DNA from: an uncultured Gammaproteobacteria bacterium
GTDB taxonomy: Bacteria > Pseudomonadota > Gammaproteobacteria > UBA9339
Length of the DNA stretch: 64,000 nt
Direction: 5' to 3'
Assembly: GCA_963543695.1 (NCBI GenBank)
Contig: CAUUCF010000003.1
Location: forward strand, 4,252-68,251
The notes under the pieces were generated by a model, which was given only the letters and a program-made list of their open reading frames with translations, ran no database searches and was not told where the DNA came from. A program made the translations under genes and the position numbers. Positions 58,960-64,000 of the stretch are shown here, piece after piece. Positions within the stretch are counted from its first letter, which is position 1, and each line of letters starts with the position of its first letter.

Positions 58960-61410
58960 ATGGCAGAAGTTACAGTAGAACAATTAGCGAAAGTAGTAGG
59001 GATTTCAGCTGCTAGTTTATTAGAGAAATTAAAAGACGCTGGGGTTATTTTGTCTAGTACTAAGTCGACCTTAGATAATGATCAGAAACAGATTTTATTA
59101 CGTAAATTGAAAGAAGAAAGTCATAAAGAAATGACTTTAAGAAGAAAAAACATAGAAATAGACAAAGATTCTGCCGTAAACGTTACTATTTTAAAGCGTC
59201 GTAACCGTTATGAAGTAGAAGACACGGTATTGAACGAAATTGAAGATAAGCAAGAGGAAGTTAAACAAGAAATTAAAACAACGTCAGAACAAGGAATAGA
59301 TGAAAATAACTTACCTCCTGTAGAACAACCTGTTTTTCAGGGACAAGTAAATCTTGAGGAAGATACGGTAGTATCGAACCAAAATTTAGTAGTTGATGAA
59401 GAGCTGGAACAACCAACAAACGCGGATAGTTTAGAAGCAAAATCAGCTGTAAAGGAATTAAAAAAACATAGAGAATTTAAAGACAAAAAGTCGGAAAAAG
59501 AGAAAACGAGAAAAGTTGCCGATTATAATCTGTTAGATAACGATGAAGATACGATTTTAGACCAAGAAAAAGCTTACTATAAAAATAAAAATCGAAAAAA
59601 TAAAAAAGCGGTTGCGACTAATTTACCTCCGCCACCAGTTAAAGAAATTAATAAGAATAAAGAAATTATTATTCCAGAAACTTTAACGGTAGCGGAATTA
59701 GCTCAAAAAATGGCGATTAAAGTAGCCGAAGTCATTAAAGTCTTGATGAAATTAGGGTCAATGGCGACGATTAACCAAATGTTGGATCAGGCTACTGCGG
59801 CTTTAGTAGTAGAAGAAATTGGTTTTAAATACCGGTTAGTAAAAGAAACGATTGCTGAAGATAATTTGGTTTTATTAGAAGAAACGGACGATTTAGAAGT
59901 TAAATTACGCGCTCCAGTAGTAACGATTATGGGGCATGTTGACCACGGTAAAACTTCTTTATTAGATTTTATTCGTCGAACTAAAGTAGCGGCTAAAGAA
60001 GCGGGAGGGATTACTCAACGTATTGGTGCTTATCGAGTAGAAACGGCGAAAGGAGAAATTACTTTCTTAGATACTCCTGGGCATGAGGCTTTTACGGCAA
60101 TGCGTGCACGAGGAGCTAAATGTACAGATATCGTCGTCTTGATTGTGGCGGCGGATGACGGAATAAAACCACAAACGGTGGAAGCGATTCAACATGCTCA
60201 AGCGGCTAAAGTACCTATTATCGTCGCTATTAATAAAATAGATAAACCAGGTGCTGATCCAGAAAGGGTAAAAACAGAATTAACGAAATATAACGTTATT
60301 CCGGAAGCTTGGGGGGGGGACGTAATGTTCCAAGAAATTTCAGCGAAAACCGGAGCTGGGGTTGATGAACTGTTAGATTCGATTTTAGTCTTAGCGGAAG
60401 TTTTAGATTTAAAAGTACCGGTTGCTTGTGCTGCACGAGGAGTAGTATTAGAAGCTCATTTAGATAAAGGGCATGGTCCAGTGGCTACCGTATTGGTACA
60501 ACGAGGTTGTTTAGTACAAGGGGATATTTTACTGACGGGTTTATTTTTTGGTCGTGTACGAGCGATGTTCGACGATAACGGCACAAAAGTAAAAGAGGCT
60601 TTACCTTCTTATCCGGTCGAAGTTTTAGGTTTATCGGGAGTTCCGAGTGCAGGAGAGGAATTTTTAGTAGTAGATAGCGAAAAGAAAGCAAGAGAAGTGG
60701 CTTTATTTAGACAGGGTAAATTTAGAGATGTAAAATTAGCGAAACAAGCAGTTAAATTAGAAAATATTTTGTCTAAGATGAAAGAGCAGCAGATGAAAAC
60801 TTTAAGTGTTGTTTTGAAAGCAGATCTGCAAGGTTCGGTAGAAGCTATCGAAGAAATGTTAAATAAGTTATCCATCGATGAAGTGAGAGTAGAGGTAGTT
60901 TCGCATGGCGTAGGAGGTATTACTGAAACAGACGTTAATTTGGCTTTAGCTTCTCATGGGATTGTCGTTGGTTTTAACGTACGCGCAGATAATGCTGCAA
61001 AAGTTTTAGCAGAAAAAGAAGGGGTAGATTTACGTTATTACAGTATTATTTATAAATTAGCGGATGATATTAAAGCTGCTTTATCTGGGATGTTAGCTCC
61101 TACTTACGAAGAACAGGTAGTTGGTTTAGTGGAAGTACGTAAAATCTTTAAGTCTTCTAAATTTGGGACTATCGCTGGTTGTATGGTTTTAGAAGGAGCG
61201 ATTAAAAAAGGTTCAACGATCAGAATTTTAAGGGATCAGGTGGTAATTTACAACGGAGAAGTAGAATCAGTTCGTCGCGGTAAAGACGATGTGAACGAAG
61301 TTAAACAAGGGATCGAATGTGGTATTGGAATTAAGGGATATAGTAATTTAGAGGAAGGAGATCAATTTGAAGTTTATAAAAATATTCTTGTTAAACGAAC
61401 CGTAAGTTAA
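58960..61410 (+). CDS. infB: Translation initiation factor IF-2
   Basis: 816 aa. G-domain [20 protein letters not shown] and NKIDK. Typical IF-2 C-terminal domains. Confidence 0.95.
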   Translation: MAEVTVEQLAKVVGISAASLLEKLKDAGVILSSTKSTLDNDQKQILLRKLKEESHKEMTLRRKNIEIDKDSAVNVTILKRRNRYEVEDTVLNEIEDKQEEVKQEIKTTSEQGIDENNLPPVEQPVFQGQVNLEEDTVVSNQNLVVDEELEQPTNADSLEAKSAVKELKKHREFKDKKSEKEKTRKVADYNLLDNDEDTILDQEKAYYKNKNRKNKKAVATNLPPPPVKEINKNKEIIIPETLTVAELAQKMAIKVAEVIKVLMKLGSMATINQMLDQATAALVVEEIGFKYRLVKETIAEDNLVLLEETDDLEVKLRAPVVTIMGHVDHGKTSLLDFIRRTKVAAKEAGGITQRIGAYRVETAKGEITFLDTPGHEAFTAMRARGAKCTDIVVLIVAADDGIKPQTVEAIQHAQAAKVPIIVAINKIDKPGADPERVKTELTKYNVIPEAWGGDVMFQEISAKTGAGVDELLDSILVLAEVLDLKVPVACAARGVVLEAHLDKGHGPVATVLVQRGCLVQGDILLTGLFFGRVRAMFDDNGTKVKEALPSYPVEVLGLSGVPSAGEEFLVVDSEKKAREVALFRQGKFRDVKLAKQAVKLENILSKMKEQQMKTLSVVLKADLQGSVEAIEEMLNKLSIDEVRVEVVSHGVGGITETDVNLALASHGIVVGFNVRADNAAKVLAEKEGVDLRYYSIIYKLADDIKAALSGMLAPTYEEQVVGLVEVRKIFKSSKFGTIAGCMVLEGAIKKGSTIRILRDQVVIYNGEVESVRRGKDDVNEVKQGIECGIGIKGYSNLEEGDQFEVYKNILVKRTVS

Positions 61411-61412
61411 CT

Positions 61413-62738
61413 ATGATTAGTCCTTTAGACGAACGTTATTCAGAACAGATAAAAGAGCTGTTTCCGATTTTTAGTGAATTTAATTTAATGTTTTTTCGAA
61501 CGCAAATAGAGATTGTTTGGTTATTTGCTTTAGAAAAAGCGGGTCTTTTTCGATGTGATTCCGTTAGTAAACGTCGTTTAGAGCAATTATTGCATGCTTT
61601 TTCCCAAGCTGATTTTATTGCGATTAAAGAGCAAGAAAAAATTACGCGGCACGATGTCAAAGCCGTGGAATATTTTTTAAAAAATTACTTAATGCATTCA
61701 AATACTAAATTGGTAGAATGGGTCCATTTTGGTTTAACTTCGGAAGACGTGAATAATTTAAGTTACGCTTTAATTTTATCGTCAGCTAGAAAATGTTTAT
61801 TAACGGTTTTAACGACGTTGAAGCAAAAATTGAAAACAATGGCTTTAGCATATGCAGATCAAGTAATGTTAAGCCGTACTCATGGGCAGTGTGCTTCTCC
61901 TACTACTTTTGGAAAAGAAGTGGCGAATTTTGTAGCTAGATTACAATCGGCAATGGATCTGTTAGCTAACACACAAATTTTTGGTAAAATTAACGGAGCG
62001 GTAGGTAATTTTAACGCTTTAGTTTTTTGTTTTCCTAACGTTGATTGGCTTGCTTTAACTAAAGCATTAGTTGAAGGTCTAGGGTTGAATTATCAACGGT
62101 ATACTACCCAAATAGAACCGCACGATTGGATCGGAATAATCAGTGCTCATTTAGTTCATATCAACGTTATTTTAATCGATTTAGCACGTGATTTTTGGAG
62201 TTATAATGCTTTAGGTTATTTAAAATTGAGAGTTAACGAACAAGAAGTTGGTTCTTCTACGATGCCGCATAAAGTAAACCCTATTGATTTAGAAAATGGA
62301 GAAGGGAATTTAGGCATCGCTAATGCTTTATTGCAACACTTTAGTCTTAAATTACCGATTTCTCGTTGGCAAAGAGACTTAAGTGATTCTACCGTATTAC
62401 GCAATTTAGGGGTAGCTATGGGGCATAGCTTGTTAGCTTATCGTAGCTTAACACGCGGTTTAGACAAAATTACGGTTAATCCTTTAGCGATCCAACAAGA
62501 TTTAGATCAACATTGGGAAATACTAGCAGAACCTATTCAAATGGTTTTACGTCAATATGGTGTGCAACAAGGCTATGAGTTGTTAAAGCAATTAACGAGA
62601 GGAAAGCAAGTTGATAAACAGACCATAGAACAGTTGATCAAGCAATTACCGTTACCTTTAACAGTTAGAGAACAACTGTTAAATTTAACTCCAAATCGTT
62701 ATGTTGGTTTAGCAATCGAACTGGCTAAAACGGTATGA
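61413..62738 (+). CDS. purB: Adenylosuccinate lyase
   Basis: 441 aa. Colinear with E. coli PurB: SPLDERY, HDVKAVEYFLK, SRTHGQ.A(S/T)PTT.GKE and signature GSSTMPHKVNPIDLEN. Confidence 0.92.
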   Translation: MISPLDERYSEQIKELFPIFSEFNLMFFRTQIEIVWLFALEKAGLFRCDSVSKRRLEQLLHAFSQADFIAIKEQEKITRHDVKAVEYFLKNYLMHSNTKLVEWVHFGLTSEDVNNLSYALILSSARKCLLTVLTTLKQKLKTMALAYADQVMLSRTHGQCASPTTFGKEVANFVARLQSAMDLLANTQIFGKINGAVGNFNALVFCFPNVDWLALTKALVEGLGLNYQRYTTQIEPHDWIGIISAHLVHINVILIDLARDFWSYNALGYLKLRVNEQEVGSSTMPHKVNPIDLENGEGNLGIANALLQHFSLKLPISRWQRDLSDSTVLRNLGVAMGHSLLAYRSLTRGLDKITVNPLAIQQDLDQHWEILAEPIQMVLRQYGVQQGYELLKQLTRGKQVDKQTIEQLIKQLPLPLTVREQLLNLTPNRYVGLAIELAKTV

Positions 62739-63844
62739 CGGTTATTTTATGGTTGAATTTTGTTTGTCTAATTCTGCTTTTAATCGTTGTGCTTTGGGGA
62801 TTTAAATATCGTCAAACGGAAAAATGGCGTGATTTGTCGCAAGAACAATACGAAAATTTTAAGCACTATCAAATCGATAATTTAAAGCTTTTTAATAATC
62901 ACGTCCAACAAGAAATAACGGGTGTAAGGCAACAGTTGTTTGATTTATTAAATGGTTACGTTACACAAATTGCGGGTAAAATGGATCTTTTCAACCGTCA
63001 AGTGGAATTGCGTTTTGGGGAAATTACTAAAGAGGTAAATCAGCAATTAAGTCAAGGTTACGAAAAAAACCAAAATTTATTCGGAGAAGTAATTAAACGT
63101 TTATCTTTAATTGACCACACTCAAGAGCAGTTAGGTAATTTAGGAGGACAAATTCAAGGTTTGCAAGATATTTTAAGCGATAAGCGAGCTAGAGGAGCTT
63201 TTGGAGAAACGCAGTTGCATTTATTACTACAAGAGACGATGGCGGAATCTCAATATCAATTACAATATACATTAAGTAATGGTACTAGGGTAGATTGTTT
63301 TTTAAAGTTACCAAACGCGATGGGGAACATCGCAATCGATTCGAAATTCCCTTTAGAAAGTTATCGTAAGAAATATGCTCCTGCTTTATCAGAGAAAGAA
63401 CGTTTAATTTTTGAAAATCAATTTAAATTAGACATCAAGAAACATATTCAAGATATTGCTGAAAAATATATTATTCCAGGAGAAACGGCAGAAGGCGCAA
63501 TTATGTTTTTGCCGGCAGAATCTGTTTTTGCTGAAATACATAATCATTTTCCAGAATTGGTTAGTTTAGCTTACCAAAAGAAAGTATGGATGGTTTCTCC
63601 AGCGACTTTAATGGCTTTATTATTAACCGTTAGTGCTTTAATTAAAGACGCCAAAACTTATCAACATGCAGAACAGATTAAAATACAACTAGCTAGTTTA
63701 TCTAAAGAATTTGTCCGTTTTCAGGAGCGGATTGAAAATTTTGCTAAACATTATCGTTTAGCAGAAGAAGGATTGAACCAGATTCTTTTAACGACGAATA
63801 AAATAGTAAAACATTTTCAACAAATTGTTAATTCTGAAAAATAA
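62735..63844 (+). CDS. rmuC: DNA recombination protein RmuC
   Basis: 369 aa. N-terminal TM, coiled-coil, then the RmuC nuclease-like core (RGAFGETQL..VDCFLKLP..IAIDSKFPLE..MFLPAESVF). Overlaps the purB stop by 4 nt. Confidence 0.85.
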   Translation: MTVILWLNFVCLILLLIVVLWGFKYRQTEKWRDLSQEQYENFKHYQIDNLKLFNNHVQQEITGVRQQLFDLLNGYVTQIAGKMDLFNRQVELRFGEITKEVNQQLSQGYEKNQNLFGEVIKRLSLIDHTQEQLGNLGGQIQGLQDILSDKRARGAFGETQLHLLLQETMAESQYQLQYTLSNGTRVDCFLKLPNAMGNIAIDSKFPLESYRKKYAPALSEKERLIFENQFKLDIKKHIQDIAEKYIIPGETAEGAIMFLPAESVFAEIHNHFPELVSLAYQKKVWMVSPATLMALLLTVSALIKDAKTYQHAEQIKIQLASLSKEFVRFQERIENFAKHYRLAEEGLNQILLTTNKIVKHFQQIVNSEK

Positions 63845-64000
63845 AAATTATTGTCGGTATAATATTAATTATGTATTTTTAATTAAATAGTATATAATTT
63901 TTTCATGAAGGAAAATCATTACGGCTTACTTAATGGCTTTTATAACCGATTAAATTTTTTATTACCTAAACGACCTTTATTACGTTATTTAATTTACGTG

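Noticed and set aside
63905-64000. Open frame MKENHYGLLNGFYNRLNFLLPKRPLLRYLIYV.. running off the window end.
   Set aside because: Only 32 codons are visible and no motif is recognisable. It cannot be supported as a gene or named.

Overview
This 64-kb window is a chromosomal segment from an AT-rich gammaproteobacterium (GC looks mid-30s % by eye). It has a Legionellales-like flavour: an IcmF/DotU-type pair, a short Fis paralogue, a PmrA-type tandem box and large coiled-coil membrane proteins. The taxon cannot be fixed without a database search.

Most of the window is housekeeping. It holds lysS (partial, missing from the ORF track), alr, uvrA and tsaC, then the mnmE-yidC-yidD-rnpA-rpmH block (rpmH found by hand). 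It continues with radA, rlpA, guaC, dapD-dapA, ssrA (tmRNA), secB, pflA/pflB, coaE, a PBP5-type carboxypeptidase, dksA, clpP, tig, sodB, dut, algC, miaB, udp, dnaN-recF, tolQR, a marC-family gene, metY-rimP-nusA-infB, purB and rmuC. There are five tRNAs: Leu-TAG, His-GTG, Arg-TCT, Ala-CGC and initiator Met.

Classical operon neighbourhoods are scrambled:
- no dnaA next to rpmH or dnaN
- no gyrB after recF
- no tolA-tolB-pal after tolR
- no clpX-lon after clpP
- no rbfA-truB after infB

Parts worth a second look:
1. A ~7-kb, partly decayed ribitol-phosphate (teichoic-acid/Hib-capsule-like) glycopolymer cluster wedged between dapA and the 3' end of ssrA.
2. A pyruvate formate-lyase cleanly split into a 695-aa core and a separately translated 79-aa GrcA-like glycyl-radical domain. 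No focA is present, but a tightly coupled 6-TM protein follows pflA.
3. An orphan orf94-fis-DotU-like-IcmF/TssM-like module immediately upstream of a DnaA-box cluster and dnaN.
4. A tRNA-bounded islet (tRNA-Ala to tRNA-fMet) encoding two large proteins (1115 and 416 aa) built from the same repeat module. One has an Inc-like hydrophobic block, and a PmrA-type TTAATATT-N2-cTTAAT box lies upstream, so they are candidate secreted effectors. An autotransporter-like outer-membrane protein lies just outside the tRNA-Ala boundary.
5. A Firmicute-looking CDF transporter flanked by ~400-bp non-coding stretches.

No CRISPR array, IS element, integrase or rRNA was seen.
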